Source: an uncultured Clostridia bacterium (GTDB taxonomy: Bacteria; Bacillota; Clostridia; TANB77; CAG-508). Taken from it: a DNA stretch of 64,000 nt. Shown piece after piece: positions 19,504 through 29,928 of this stretch. Position numbers and translations under genes: made by a program. The notes below the pieces were generated by a model. That model was not told the origin of the DNA, did no database searches, and saw nothing but the letters and a program-made list of their open reading frames with translations. The stretch's first letter is position 1. Each line of letters begins with the position of its first letter. Location: NCBI GenBank assembly GCA_963558405.1, contig CAUWGC010000002.1, forward strand, positions 32,001 to 96,000. Direction: 5' to 3'.

Positions 19504-21735
19504 TTATAGAACATTATTCAAATTAACCCAGTTTTCATCATTCATATCTTCAATATATTTTTCTGAAAATAGTATTTTAAGTAGTGGCTTTTCTCCCATA
19601 ATATGTTCTTCTCTAACAAATCCATATTTCAGGTTATTTTTATTACAGTATCTTTTTAAAGCCTCATATTTTAAAGGTGTTGGCAACTCATCAACATTTC
19701 TACTACTACCATCTTCATTTTCTCCACCTTTAGTTTCAATTATCCAAATATCTTCGTTTTTATCTTGTAATATAAAGTCAGGATAAAAAGTATTATATCT
19801 ATTGGCATCAGTATATATTATAGAAAAAAATTCTTCAGAACTTTCTCCGTTTTTATATATCCATTTAATATTATTACTTTCTTCAGCATAATCAATCAAT
19901 AACTTTTCTGGTAATGATAGTTTTTCATTTGATGGATATAGTTCATATACATTTTTCTCTAATATTTTTATATCCTTCTTATATTTTTTTACATATTCTT
20001 TTTCCGGCAATATTTTAATAATCTTTTGAACAGGAAATTTAAAATCTGTCTTTTTTATGTTTTTTTCATTTAATTCAAGTTGTCTTGCCTCGCTTTTTAT
20101 AGCCTCATATATATCATATTTTAATAATTGTTTGTTATTTATGATAAAAGAAACAAATTCTAATCTATTCAATTTTAACAAACTAAATTTATTAAACATT
20201 TTTTTAGAAAATATCTTTTTTAATACTGCTTTTAATCTCGTTTTATCTATTATTCCTGATTTTGCACCAATTTCATATATTGCTAAATTTAATTCTTTTT
20301 CCATTGACTTTTCTTTAACATTTATTTTTAAAGTAATATCATCTAGTTTTGAAATATTATCAGCTGAAACAGTTTGTCCTCTTTTTGTTTTAAAAAGAAC
20401 ATCAGTAGATAAATTATATTCATTGGCTTGTAAATTTATTTTATTTTTATCAATATTATCAGAAAGATTATATTTTTCTTTTAAATAATAATAAATAACT
20501 TCGATATCTTCCTTATTTATTCTAGTTCCCACAAGCTCTTTTTTGCATTCCTTTGTTAGCTTGAAATCATAGTATTTATCCTTTAAATATATTATTTTTT
20601 TTCTAACTGTGCTATCTTCAAAAATACTATTTACTCCATTTACAAAATCGCTATCATAAGTATATAAATATGAAGTGTTTAGAATATCATTTTTATAATG
20701 AATACCATTTATTGATCTTCGTATTCTACCAATAGTCTGAATAGTAAAAATATCATTCATATTTTCTCTTAGCTTAACTAATATTTTTGCTCTAGGGCAA
20801 TCCCAACCTGTTGCAATAGCTTGTTTCATAATTAGTACTGAACTTTTGGAATTATACTCAGAAATATCAGATGTATTTTCGTTTTTTTTGCTTAACCAAA
20901 TTGCTAATTCTCCATTTTTTACAGTAATACCAAGAGTTTCTAAATATTTCTGTATATCTACATATAATTCCTCTTGATTATTTGGTATTTGTATTAAAAT
21001 TAAAGGATTTATATTTAGATTTTCATCTAAAAATGCTTTATGTATTTCTGCTTGTTTTTTTAAAGCTAAATCAATTAAATAATTAGTTGGATTTTCCACT
21101 GTATTTTCATCTTTAACATCTTCATTTATTGCAACCATCTTAGTAATTAAACCTTCGGAAATCACATCTTCTTCATTTATTTCAATAAGCAGAGAATCTT
21201 CTTTTTCTTTAACTGTAGCTGAAATTCCTATTAAAAATTCAGGATCAAATTTAGCTTTTAAATCATCTGTTTTAATAGTTTTATTATAATGTTGTTCATC
21301 AACAATTATAATAAATTTTAATCCTTCAAGCTTAGCCTCATCAATTCGTTCAAATAAATTATTTTTTTCAGTTTTTGATATGGCATTATTTCCCTTTTTA
21401 GTTACCACTTCCCAATTTATAAAACAAGTATCTCCTGCATCGAATCCGTTTTGTAATACTTCTTTTATTGTTTTAGTATTTCTATTAGGAATATATTGTT
21501 CCATTTTACTTTTGGATTGCTCTTCTAAATCTCCAATACCTGGTGTAAACCAAATAAATATTGCTTTATCATCAATATTTTCTAAGTATTGATTGATAAA
21601 ATTAACCATAATAATTGTTTTTCCACTTCCTGTTGGAGATTTAATCAATATTTCATTACTTTTATTAGTAGAAGTTGCATCTAATAAATCAAGAATACAC
21701 TTTTTTTGAAATTCTTTTAATATTATTTCTTTCAT
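19504..21735 (-). CDS. res: Type III restriction endonuclease subunit Res
   Basis: SPTGSGKT, IVDEQH, TGWDCPR, QTIGRIRR, C-terminal FYPDF..IIETKG. Confidence 0.88.
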   Translation of the reverse strand: MKEIILKEFQKKCILDLLDATSTNKSNEILIKSPTGSGKTIIMVNFINQYLENIDDKAIFIWFTPGIGDLEEQSKSKMEQYIPNRNTKTIKEVLQNGFDAGDTCFINWEVVTKKGNNAISKTEKNNLFERIDEAKLEGLKFIIIVDEQHYNKTIKTDDLKAKFDPEFLIGISATVKEKEDSLLIEINEEDVISEGLITKMVAINEDVKDENTVENPTNYLIDLALKKQAEIHKAFLDENLNINPLILIQIPNNQEELYVDIQKYLETLGITVKNGELAIWLSKKNENTSDISEYNSKSSVLIMKQAIATGWDCPRAKILVKLRENMNDIFTIQTIGRIRRSINGIHYKNDILNTSYLYTYDSDFVNGVNSIFEDSTVRKKIIYLKDKYYDFKLTKECKKELVGTRINKEDIEVIYYYLKEKYNLSDNIDKNKINLQANEYNLSTDVLFKTKRGQTVSADNISKLDDITLKINVKEKSMEKELNLAIYEIGAKSGIIDKTRLKAVLKKIFSKKMFNKFSLLKLNRLEFVSFIINNKQLLKYDIYEAIKSEARQLELNEKNIKKTDFKFPVQKIIKILPEKEYVKKYKKDIKILEKNVYELYPSNEKLSLPEKLLIDYAEESNNIKWIYKNGESSEEFFSIIYTDANRYNTFYPDFILQDKNEDIWIIETKGGENEDGSSRNVDELPTPLKYEALKRYCNKNNLKYGFVREEHIMGEKPLLKILFSEKYIEDMNDENWVNLNNVL

Positions 21736-23385
21736 TTATAACTCCTCAATTTCGCTCCTGTAATAATACTCAGGCACATATATTATTTTTATATTATTTT
21801 CTATAAAACTATTTTCGACCTCTGAATCAAGTAGTATATCGCTAGAAATATATACTTTACTTATATCAGGTAAACTCCAATTTTTTATATCCGATAGGTC
21901 ATCTTCTTTTAAAATCAATTTTATTTTATTATTTATTCTAATATTATTTTCCAAAACAACTAATTCTTTTATATTATTTAAAAGTTCATCACTTAATTCA
22001 ATATCCTCGTTTTGTAAATGATATCGTTTTACATATTCAGTCGTATAATATTTTAAATTTGCTGGTATTCCTATATGATCTCCGTACCCTTTAATTACCT
22101 TTTCAATTCGCTTATATGTAATTTCTTCACAAATATTATTCTCATTGTTTGTACATAAAATAAATTTTCTGTTTTTTCCATCTTCCTTATTTTGTTCTAA
22201 CACAGCCTGAGCTGTTGTTCCACTTCCTGCAAAAAAATCTAAAACAGTTTCACTTTTTGTATGTTCTAATAGAAATCTTATTATTTCAACAGGTTTAGGA
22301 TTAGGAAAAACATCTTTTTTTTCAAAAATTTCCGTTAAGGTTTTAGTAGCATCGCCAGTTTCAGCTAAATCATATAAAATACTTCTACTTTTAATAATTT
22401 TATATTCATTTCCTGTATAATAAGTTTTTTCGTAAGGTATCCATCTATTGTTTTTTTCATCTTTATTCCAATAAATTAAATCATTCTTAATTAAATCTTC
22501 CATTCTATTTTTTCCAACTCTCCATCGACCATCTTGTCCATCTGGAGCAATGGGAAATAATTCATTATTATCAGGATCTAAAATGGAAAAATACATTGTT
22601 GGTCTATCTTCTCTATGAGCTGAACTCCCCCACTTTTCTAATTTTGTAATATTAAATTTTCCATTCTCATCTTCATATTTATAACTTTCATCTGTCTTTT
22701 GAACTTTTTTATCTATCCAATTAAACTTATCAGTTTTTCTGTATCCGAAAATATACTCGTGTTCAGTTACAAAGAACTCATCTGTTTGACCTCCACCATA
22801 TTTTTTTCTCCAAATCAGAGTTCCAATAAAATTATTTTCTCCAAATATATCATCACACAATAATTTTAATTGAGCAAACTCATTTTTATCTATACTAATA
22901 AAAATAACTCCATCATTTGATAATAGTTTTCTTGCTACATTTAATCGTTTTGCCATAAAAGAAATCCATTTTGAATGTCTATATCCATCATCTATTCCAA
23001 TTCTTTTATCATCATATATAAACTCTTTATTTTCTGTATTATATGGCGGATCTATATAGATAAAATCAATTTTACTTTTGTGTGTTTTTTCTAATAGATA
23101 CAAACTATGTAAATTATCGCCTTCAAGTAAAAAGTTAATATTATTATTTTTATCTGAACAAATTTCTTTTTCCTCTATTTCTCTAAAAACAGGAATATTT
23201 TTTTTCAGTTCTTCATCTACTTTTTCCTCGTGTTCTTCCCAAATAAGTCCATATTTTTTACTTTTAAGCTCTTTTTCAATTTCTGTAAGCTTAGCTTTTA
23301 TTTCTATATCTGTATTTCGTTCTTTTAAAAATTCTAAAGTTTCAATTAAACTATCTCTTTTTTGTTGGGATAAATTTGTACTCAT
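21736..23385 (-). CDS. mod: Type III RM methyltransferase Mod
   Basis: LLEGDNL, IYIDPPYNT, FPNPKP, VLDFFAGSGTT. Confidence 0.92.
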   Translation of the reverse strand: MSTNLSQQKRDSLIETLEFLKERNTDIEIKAKLTEIEKELKSKKYGLIWEEHEEKVDEELKKNIPVFREIEEKEICSDKNNNINFLLEGDNLHSLYLLEKTHKSKIDFIYIDPPYNTENKEFIYDDKRIGIDDGYRHSKWISFMAKRLNVARKLLSNDGVIFISIDKNEFAQLKLLCDDIFGENNFIGTLIWRKKYGGGQTDEFFVTEHEYIFGYRKTDKFNWIDKKVQKTDESYKYEDENGKFNITKLEKWGSSAHREDRPTMYFSILDPDNNELFPIAPDGQDGRWRVGKNRMEDLIKNDLIYWNKDEKNNRWIPYEKTYYTGNEYKIIKSRSILYDLAETGDATKTLTEIFEKKDVFPNPKPVEIIRFLLEHTKSETVLDFFAGSGTTAQAVLEQNKEDGKNRKFILCTNNENNICEEITYKRIEKVIKGYGDHIGIPANLKYYTTEYVKRYHLQNEDIELSDELLNNIKELVVLENNIRINNKIKLILKEDDLSDIKNWSLPDISKVYISSDILLDSEVENSFIENNIKIIYVPEYYYRSEIEEL

Positions 23386-23504
23386 TAAAATTCCTCCATA
23401 TTCACATACAAAAATTCTATTTTAATTTATATCATAAAATTACTTTTTTCTCAATATTTTGACAGAAATTTTGGAAATAATAAATACCAGTATAATTACT
23501 GGTA

Positions 23505-24134
23505 CTATATGTTATATTCTTCAGATATTTTATTAAATTTTTCTAATAATTTATTATATTCTTCTCTTGAAACTCCTGTATCTTCCAAGGGTTTACAAAG
23601 TTTTAAATCTTCTTCATCCATTTCATCTTCATTTCTATAATATCTGATTAAATCTCCTTCAACAATATCAAATTCATAGTTAGTATAAATTTTATCTTTA
23701 AGTTCTATATCTAATTTATTTAATAGAATAATATCAGCATCATTTAAGTATTTCATTAAGTCTATAAATTCTTTGTTATGGTATTTTTCGCTCCATTCTT
23801 CATAGTTAAACCTATACATATATACTTCTTTTCTTACTATATCATAGTCATTATCAATATTAAAAAGTTCCTTAATACCTTTTTTTAAAATCTTTCCATT
23901 TTCTTCTGATAACCTATTACTTACCACAGCAAGATTTATTATTAAACATATATGATGATATGTTTCACAATCAAATATATCATCTATAATATAATTGACT
24001 ATTTCAAAACTAAATTCCTTTTCTAGTTTATCCTTTAATATTTTAAATTCTTTTCTTCTTTTCTCTATATATTTGATTTTACCTTTAGCACTTTCTACTT
24101 CATTTGATGAATAACCTTCAAAAAAGTTTTCCAT
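23505..24134 (-). CDS. Hypothetical protein
   Basis: ORF track 23505-24254; likely start ATG 24134 after AGGAG. Confidence 0.6.
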   Translation of the reverse strand: MENFFEGYSSNEVESAKGKIKYIEKRRKEFKILKDKLEKEFSFEIVNYIIDDIFDCETYHHICLIINLAVVSNRLSEENGKILKKGIKELFNIDNDYDIVRKEVYMYRFNYEEWSEKYHNKEFIDLMKYLNDADIILLNKLDIELKDKIYTNYEFDIVEGDLIRYYRNEDEMDEEDLKLCKPLEDTGVSREEYNKLLEKFNKISEEYNI

Positions 24135-24203
24135 ACTAACTATAACTCCTTTTATATTTATTAATATATCTGTGCTGTATTTATTATTATAGCAAATTTT
24201 ATT

Positions 24204-24220
24204 TGTCGAAATCTGTCGAA
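24204..24220 (+). promoter_or_regulatory. Tandem Spo0A boxes
   Basis: TGTCGAA at 24204-24210 and 24214-24220, in the divergent region before the XRE gene. Confidence 0.6.
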
Positions 24221-24308
24221 ACTTGTGCATTTTCATTTTTGTAAATACAGGCATTTATAATTATAACAAGTTTTTATTATAAAATCAATAGGTAGAGGAG
24301 ATGTCTAT

Positions 24309-24569
24309 ATGAATAATACAAGATCAAAAGAGGGCGAATTAAATGTAGTCGGCTCTAAGATAAAATATTATAGAGAATTAAATAACTTATCTTATCAAAA
24401 ATTATCAGATAAACTAATGTTATTAGGAATAGATATTCATAAACAAGCAATATATAATATTGAAATAGGTATTAGAACTGTTGTAGATTATGAACTTTGT
24501 GGATTTGCAAAATGTTTCAACATAACTGTAAATGATTTAACTGATGATTATTTTAAAAACTTAAAATAG
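24309..24569 (+). CDS. XRE-family HTH regulator
   Basis: VGSKIKYYRELNNLSYQKLS..IYNIEIGIRTV. Confidence 0.8.
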   Translation: MNNTRSKEGELNVVGSKIKYYRELNNLSYQKLSDKLMLLGIDIHKQAIYNIEIGIRTVVDYELCGFAKCFNITVNDLTDDYFKNLK

Positions 24570-24722
24570 AATGCTAGAGTCTTTTAAATAAGTTTACTCT
24601 AGCATTTTACTTTTACTCTTTTTTCAATTTCACAAAATTACTTTTCACGATTTTATTTTTTCATAAATAATATTACTTTCTTTTACTCGTATCATAGTCC
24701 CCATATATGATACAAAATAATA

Positions 24723-24947
24723 TCATTTTTTATATAGCTTATCAAAAGCTATTTTCTCTTGTTCTTCCATAAAGTTGTCTATTACCTTTTTTCTAAAAAG
24801 AACTCTCCCACCCACTCTAAAATGAGGTATCTCATTCTTTCTTACTAGCTGACCTATAAGCCAATAAGAAATCCCCATATATTTCGCAGTTTCTTCCATA
24901 GTTAAGGTAGTTCTTTCTACTTTTTGATAATTCTCTAAATCTGGCAT
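24723..24947 (-). CDS. Excisionase-like HTH_17 DNA-binding protein
   Basis: TLTMEETAKYMGIS..LVRKNEIPHFRVGGRVLF; start MPDL after GGAGGTG. Confidence 0.8.
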   Translation of the reverse strand: MPDLENYQKVERTTLTMEETAKYMGISYWLIGQLVRKNEIPHFRVGGRVLFRKKVIDNFMEEQEKIAFDKLYKK

Positions 24948-25137
24948 AATCTCACCTCCTAGCAAAATTATACAAAGCAATTCTTATCAATCCAAAACCC
25001 TTTTTTTTAAAAAATTGCAAAAAAAATAAAGGGCAAAAGATTTTACTCTCTCGCCCTTCATTGTAGTAAAAAATAATTTATATAATATGAATTCATAAAT
25101 TATCTCTATTATATTTAATTTTTCTTAAAAGTCAACA

Positions 25138-28100
25138 CTAACAACCTGTTCTAGGAAGTTTTTGTGTTGTTTCTATTTCTTTTAAATAAGTTATTGTTTT
25201 CCAATCATCTTTATCTTCTACATAAATATCTTTATAGTTGCCTGATGCTTTTGTATGATTTACAAATATAAATCCATTTGGTAAATTATCTAACATATCA
25301 CAATATAATCTAGGTTTTTCAACTTCTTTAAAGTCTGATTTTACTGTTCCAAATCTGAATTGAAAATCTGTTATAAATTCTCCCTCTTTTAATGTTGCAT
25401 CTGTAAATTTAACTTCATTATTAACTAATGTACTCAAACCATCTTTTAGCATTATATAGTCATCACTTAAATTAGTTTTATACCATACAGAATATGTTAA
25501 ATCTTCATTCCAAGTTCCTGTATAAATTTTATTTGCTCTTAAAGCATTTGTAGGTAATGAATCACTCCAAGTGAAATTATCTAATGCTATGTTAGATTTA
25601 TTATGAATATTTGAAAAATCATAATATATGTTATCTTTATTTTGTGTTTCTATAAATCCTTTTTTAGTAACTTCAATATCAATATCTACATTATCATCTT
25701 CTACTTTTGCATCTACAATTTCTTGATGTTTTATTATTTCTGCCTCAAATATTTCATCTGTAAGTATATAGTAATCAGGGCTTTCTACTTCTTTTAAAGT
25801 ATATTTTCCTTTTAATAATTCTTTTGTTGTAGCCTCTCCGTTTTTATCTGTAAGTAAAGTATCTACTAAATTATTATTTTCATCATATACTTCAAATTTT
25901 GCATTTTCAAGTCTTGAACCTTTTACATCTCCATTGTATTTATTATCTTCTTTGCTTACCTTTATTACTCTGATATAGCCTTTTATTAGTTCGTTTTCAA
26001 AAGTTAAATTTGTAATTTGATCTTGTGTTAATGTTACTGTTTGCGGTATTTCATTTAACACATAATTTTCTAATGTTTTTGATTCTTGTACTGTGTATTT
26101 TTTATCTATTCTTAATCTTTTACTTGTAGCCTCTCCATTTTCATCTGTAATTAAAGTATCTACTAAGTTTTTATCTTCATCATATACTTTGAATTCTACA
26201 CCTTTTAGCTTAACCTCATTATTGTCTTTGTCAACTTTTATTACTTTGATTTGACCTTTCTTTAGTTCATTTTTAAAAGTTAAATCTGTAATTTGGTTTT
26301 GTGTTAATGTTACTATTTGTGGTATTTCATTTAACACATAATTTTCTAATGTTTTTGATTCTTGTACTGTGTATTTTTTATCTATTCTTAATCTTTTACT
26401 TGTAGCCTCTCCATTTTCATCTGTAATTAAAGTATCTACTAAGTTTTTATCTTCATCATATACTTTGAATTCTACACCTTTTAATTTTACCTCATTATTA
26501 TCTTGATCAACTTTTATTACTTTGATTTGACCTTTTTTTAATTCATTTGTAAAAGTAACTGTTTTAATTTGTTCTGCCTCTAACACTACTGTTTGTGTCG
26601 TTTCATTTAATACATAATTTTGTAAAGTTTCTTTTTCTCTAATTGTTAATTTTGAATAATCTCTTATTGCATATCTTGATGTATAAGCTTCTCCGTTTTC
26701 ATCTGTTGTTATTGTTTCTAAAACTTTTCCGTTTTCATCTAAAACATCAAATTTTACTCCTTGTAGTTTTACTTCTTTATTGTCTAAATCAATTTTTATA
26801 ACTTTTACTTGACCTTTCTTCAATTCATTTTCAATAGTATTTTCTTCAGTTGTATTCCATTTAACTTCAACAGTTGTATCTTCTGCAAGATTATACCATT
26901 TTCCTGTATTTTTTTCGATTAGTTTATAACTTCCTGTTCTTAGGTTTTTTATGCTTATTTCTCCATTAACATCAGTTGTATATGTTCCAATTACTCTTTG
27001 AAATTCCTCTGAATATAAATCAAATTGTACATTTCCTAGTGCTATTTTGTGATTATCTTTATCTACTTTATATATTTTCAAATTTCCTTTTTTATGATCA
27101 TTTGTTATATTTTGATTAGTAGATTTGTTATACTCTACATTTACATCAAAAGTAGCTTTATTTATAACATAATTATCATTTGTAGAAATTTCTTTTAATT
27201 TGTAATTGCCCTGATATAGTCCACTAAATGTTGCTATACCATTTAAATTTGTAGTAGCATTTGCGACTACTGTTCCATCTGCTTTTGTTAATTGAAATGT
27301 TACACCTGCGATTGGTTTTGATGTTTCACTATCTGTTTTATTTATTTGTAATTTTCCTGTATTAGTTTTAATGTTAAGAGTAGCACGACCAACACCATCT
27401 CCAAAAGGATCATAAGTTAGTGCATAGTTTTGAGTACCTTCTGTTCTAGTTTTACCATAAAATACAGGATATGTTTTACATTTACCTTGCACATTGATTA
27501 TAGCATTTGAAATATCTTGTACCATTTGAGATTTAGGTATTTTTACATACATACTTTCATTTCCATTAAATGAATTTGTTTGGATACCGTTTGAATTAGT
27601 TATAATAGTTCCTTGTGGTAAGTTAGCAGTAGCTGTAATTGTATAATTTGTCATCTCTACTGTACTTGAAACATTTATTTTTTGAGTATAGTAATTCCCA
27701 TCCTCATATAAATTGCCTGAATTAGATAATGTTATATTAGGATCTGAAGGCATTTGACTACCATTTCTTCCTATGTTTACCATATTAACTATTGCATTTT
27801 TAATAGCATCGCCTCTAGCATCTGCTCCTTGATTTGCTCCTCTAAATCTAGTTACTGGATCAAAGTTATATAAAATGCAATATACTGCTTGTTTAGTAGC
27901 TTGAAAAGCCTCTAAATCATTTGCAACTCCCAATTCACTTGCTGATTTATAAGGAAATCCATTTATAATTGTTCTCCATATTCTAACATCTCCTAAAACA
28001 TCAGTAACACTAGCATTTACATCAACAGTATATCCATCTAGCTCCCCAACACCTGGATGTTCTCTATTTACACAATAAGCAGGATATTCTTTTCCACCTT

Positions 28101-28305
28101 CACTATATGTAGTATAAGTGGTTGTAATATAATACCAAGCATTTTTTGCCTCATTCCAATATTGTAAATGGTATTCCACATCTCCTCTATTTTGAATATT
28201 TGCTGAACTAATCTCTGTTGCAAATACACTAGGGTTTATTGTAGAAAATAATGTTAATACTAACATTAGCATTGCTAAAATTCTTTTACTTTTTACTTTT
28301 ATCAT
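25138..28305 (-). CDS. Surface adhesin: Cys-Gln thioester-like domain, SpaA/Cna-B repeats, terminal LPRTG
   Basis: Signal peptide, PAYCVN..ATKQAVY, repeated KG.(L/I)K(V/I).KVD modules, ends QKLPRTGC*. Confidence 0.82.
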   Translation of the reverse strand: MIKVKSKRILAMLMLVLTLFSTINPSVFATEISSANIQNRGDVEYHLQYWNEAKNAWYYITTTYTTYSEGGKEYPAYCVNREHPGVGELDGYTVDVNASVTDVLGDVRIWRTIINGFPYKSASELGVANDLEAFQATKQAVYCILYNFDPVTRFRGANQGADARGDAIKNAIVNMVNIGRNGSQMPSDPNITLSNSGNLYEDGNYYTQKINVSSTVEMTNYTITATANLPQGTIITNSNGIQTNSFNGNESMYVKIPKSQMVQDISNAIINVQGKCKTYPVFYGKTRTEGTQNYALTYDPFGDGVGRATLNIKTNTGKLQINKTDSETSKPIAGVTFQLTKADGTVVANATTNLNGIATFSGLYQGNYKLKEISTNDNYVINKATFDVNVEYNKSTNQNITNDHKKGNLKIYKVDKDNHKIALGNVQFDLYSEEFQRVIGTYTTDVNGEISIKNLRTGSYKLIEKNTGKWYNLAEDTTVEVKWNTTEENTIENELKKGQVKVIKIDLDNKEVKLQGVKFDVLDENGKVLETITTDENGEAYTSRYAIRDYSKLTIREKETLQNYVLNETTQTVVLEAEQIKTVTFTNELKKGQIKVIKVDQDNNEVKLKGVEFKVYDEDKNLVDTLITDENGEATSKRLRIDKKYTVQESKTLENYVLNEIPQIVTLTQNQITDLTFKNELKKGQIKVIKVDKDNNEVKLKGVEFKVYDEDKNLVDTLITDENGEATSKRLRIDKKYTVQESKTLENYVLNEIPQTVTLTQDQITNLTFENELIKGYIRVIKVSKEDNKYNGDVKGSRLENAKFEVYDENNNLVDTLLTDKNGEATTKELLKGKYTLKEVESPDYYILTDEIFEAEIIKHQEIVDAKVEDDNVDIDIEVTKKGFIETQNKDNIYYDFSNIHNKSNIALDNFTWSDSLPTNALRANKIYTGTWNEDLTYSVWYKTNLSDDYIMLKDGLSTLVNNEVKFTDATLKEGEFITDFQFRFGTVKSDFKEVEKPRLYCDMLDNLPNGFIFVNHTKASGNYKDIYVEDKDDWKTITYLKEIETTQKLPRTGC
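25987..26538 (-). repeat. Two near-identical 276-bp (92-aa) tandem repeats inside the adhesin
   Basis: KKGQIKVIKVD…TFKNEL unit repeated, nearly identical at the DNA level. Confidence 0.85.
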
Positions 28306-28359
28306 TTTATCAATTCCTTTCCATAAAAAAAGACACTTGAAAAAGTGCCTAATTAAATA

Positions 28360-28551
28360 TTATTCATTATCTTTGTATTCTGAAAATTCAACTCCTTTGA
28401 AGTCATTTTCATCTAATACATATTCTTCTTTTTTATATTTTTCTTTTGTTATTTCAATTGCTTGTTCAATATTCTCAGCTTCAATTTCAACGACTCTTTG
28501 TAGCAATTCCTCAATTTCAATTTTGTAAATTCTTTTCATACTCACTTCCAT
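28360..28551 (-). CDS. DpnD/PcfM-like protein
   Basis: YKIEIEELLQRVVEIEAEN..KEKYKKEEYVLD..DF. Confidence 0.7.
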   Translation of the reverse strand: MEVSMKRIYKIEIEELLQRVVEIEAENIEQAIEITKEKYKKEEYVLDENDFKGVEFSEYKDNE

Positions 28552-29250
28552 CTATATTAAATAACATTCTGTTGTTATATATTGTCCATTATTATAATAA
28601 TCTCTTGCATATATTCTGATTGTTCCAAATTTATATTTAATTTTATCAATTACCCTTTGTTCAGTATATGTAAATTGAGAAGTTAATTCAACAATAGAAC
28701 TATCTACAACAATGTTATATCCATATAATTTCATATCTTCACTTTGATTATTATTTATAATATTTTTAATAGAGTTAATCATAGCATCATTAGTTTTATA
28801 TTCCTCTCCTTTAATTACAAGCTCTTCTTTTACAACTTCTTGCTTAGTTGTTTCAGGTTGTATTTGTATGGATTCTTCTTTTGTTTGTTGTGGTGTATTG
28901 TTATTATTTTTATTTTCTGTACTTTCCTGTTTTACTTCTGCAATAGGTTGTTCTTGAACAGTTGTAACTTGTGGAGTAGAAATCTTATTTTGTTTTACTT
29001 CAGTTATATTACTTTTGGCTGGAGTCTTTTCGATATTTTTTTCTTGTGTTTGTTCAATTTTTTCATATACAATCATACTTTCATCTGAAGTATATATTTG
29101 ACTTGTACTTTCCACATTTTCAACTATATTTTGTAGATTATTATTATCAATAATTTCATTTTTAGGATTTGTACTTTTATAGGTCATATAATTGGATAAT
29201 ATAGAAGTTCCAAATACAATAAATAAGATTAAAAAAACATATTTTTTCAT
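28552..29250 (-). CDS. Membrane-anchored or secreted hypothetical protein
   Basis: N-terminal hydrophobic segment, Q/E/T-rich linker, C-terminal globular domain. Confidence 0.65.
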   Translation of the reverse strand: MKKYVFLILFIVFGTSILSNYMTYKSTNPKNEIIDNNNLQNIVENVESTSQIYTSDESMIVYEKIEQTQEKNIEKTPAKSNITEVKQNKISTPQVTTVQEQPIAEVKQESTENKNNNNTPQQTKEESIQIQPETTKQEVVKEELVIKGEEYKTNDAMINSIKNIINNNQSEDMKLYGYNIVVDSSIVELTSQFTYTEQRVIDKIKYKFGTIRIYARDYYNNGQYITTECYLI

Positions 29251-29318
29251 AACAGATCATCTCCTTAATATCATTATAAAACGATTTAAAAGACAATCCA
29301 AAACCCTTTTTAATATTT

Positions 29319-29918
29319 TTATTGTCCGTAGTCCATACCTTCAGAAGATTCTATTGCTTGAACACAAAGTCTTTTTTCTTTTTGCCCTGCAACACAAGTA
29401 ATAAGTGTAATTCTATTATCTTCGGTTTTCTGTAAATATGACCAATCTTCTTCATCAATTATCTTTTTTACAGTTACTACATATCTTTTAGTACCATAGT
29501 TTGTTTGATAATATATTTCACTACCAATTTTTATTTTCTTTAAATTCTTAAAAAAGTCGCCTTTATTTCCTGAATTATGAGAGGCTAAACCAACATTTCC
29601 CTCATAAATAGAAGTAGAAGGAAAATGACCTATTGTTTCAGATAGTGTAGATAATTCAACACTTTCTCTGATAGGTACATTATCAAGTAAAATATCAGGA
29701 ATTGTAAGTGTTCCTATTTCATCATCATAATGAATAATAATCTGCTCAATATCCTCAATAGGTGTATCATCTAAATCTATATTATCGCCAACAACTATAT
29801 TTTCAGCATCTTTATTTGCTTTATATACAGGATATTTAATTACAAAAAAAATAACTCCAACAAGAGTTATAATAGCAACTAAAATTATCGCAATTAAAAA
29901 TTTATTTTCTTTTTCCAC
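29319..29918 (-). CDS. Sortase (class D-like)
   Basis: GNVGLASHN, RITLITC..KRL; GTG start at 29918 after GGAGG. Confidence 0.85.
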   Translation of the reverse strand: MEKENKFLIAIILVAIITLVGVIFFVIKYPVYKANKDAENIVVGDNIDLDDTPIEDIEQIIIHYDDEIGTLTIPDILLDNVPIRESVELSTLSETIGHFPSTSIYEGNVGLASHNSGNKGDFFKNLKKIKIGSEIYYQTNYGTKRYVVTVKKIIDEEDWSYLQKTEDNRITLITCVAGQKEKRLCVQAIESSEGMDYGQ

Positions 29919-29928
29919 TTTTTGCCTC

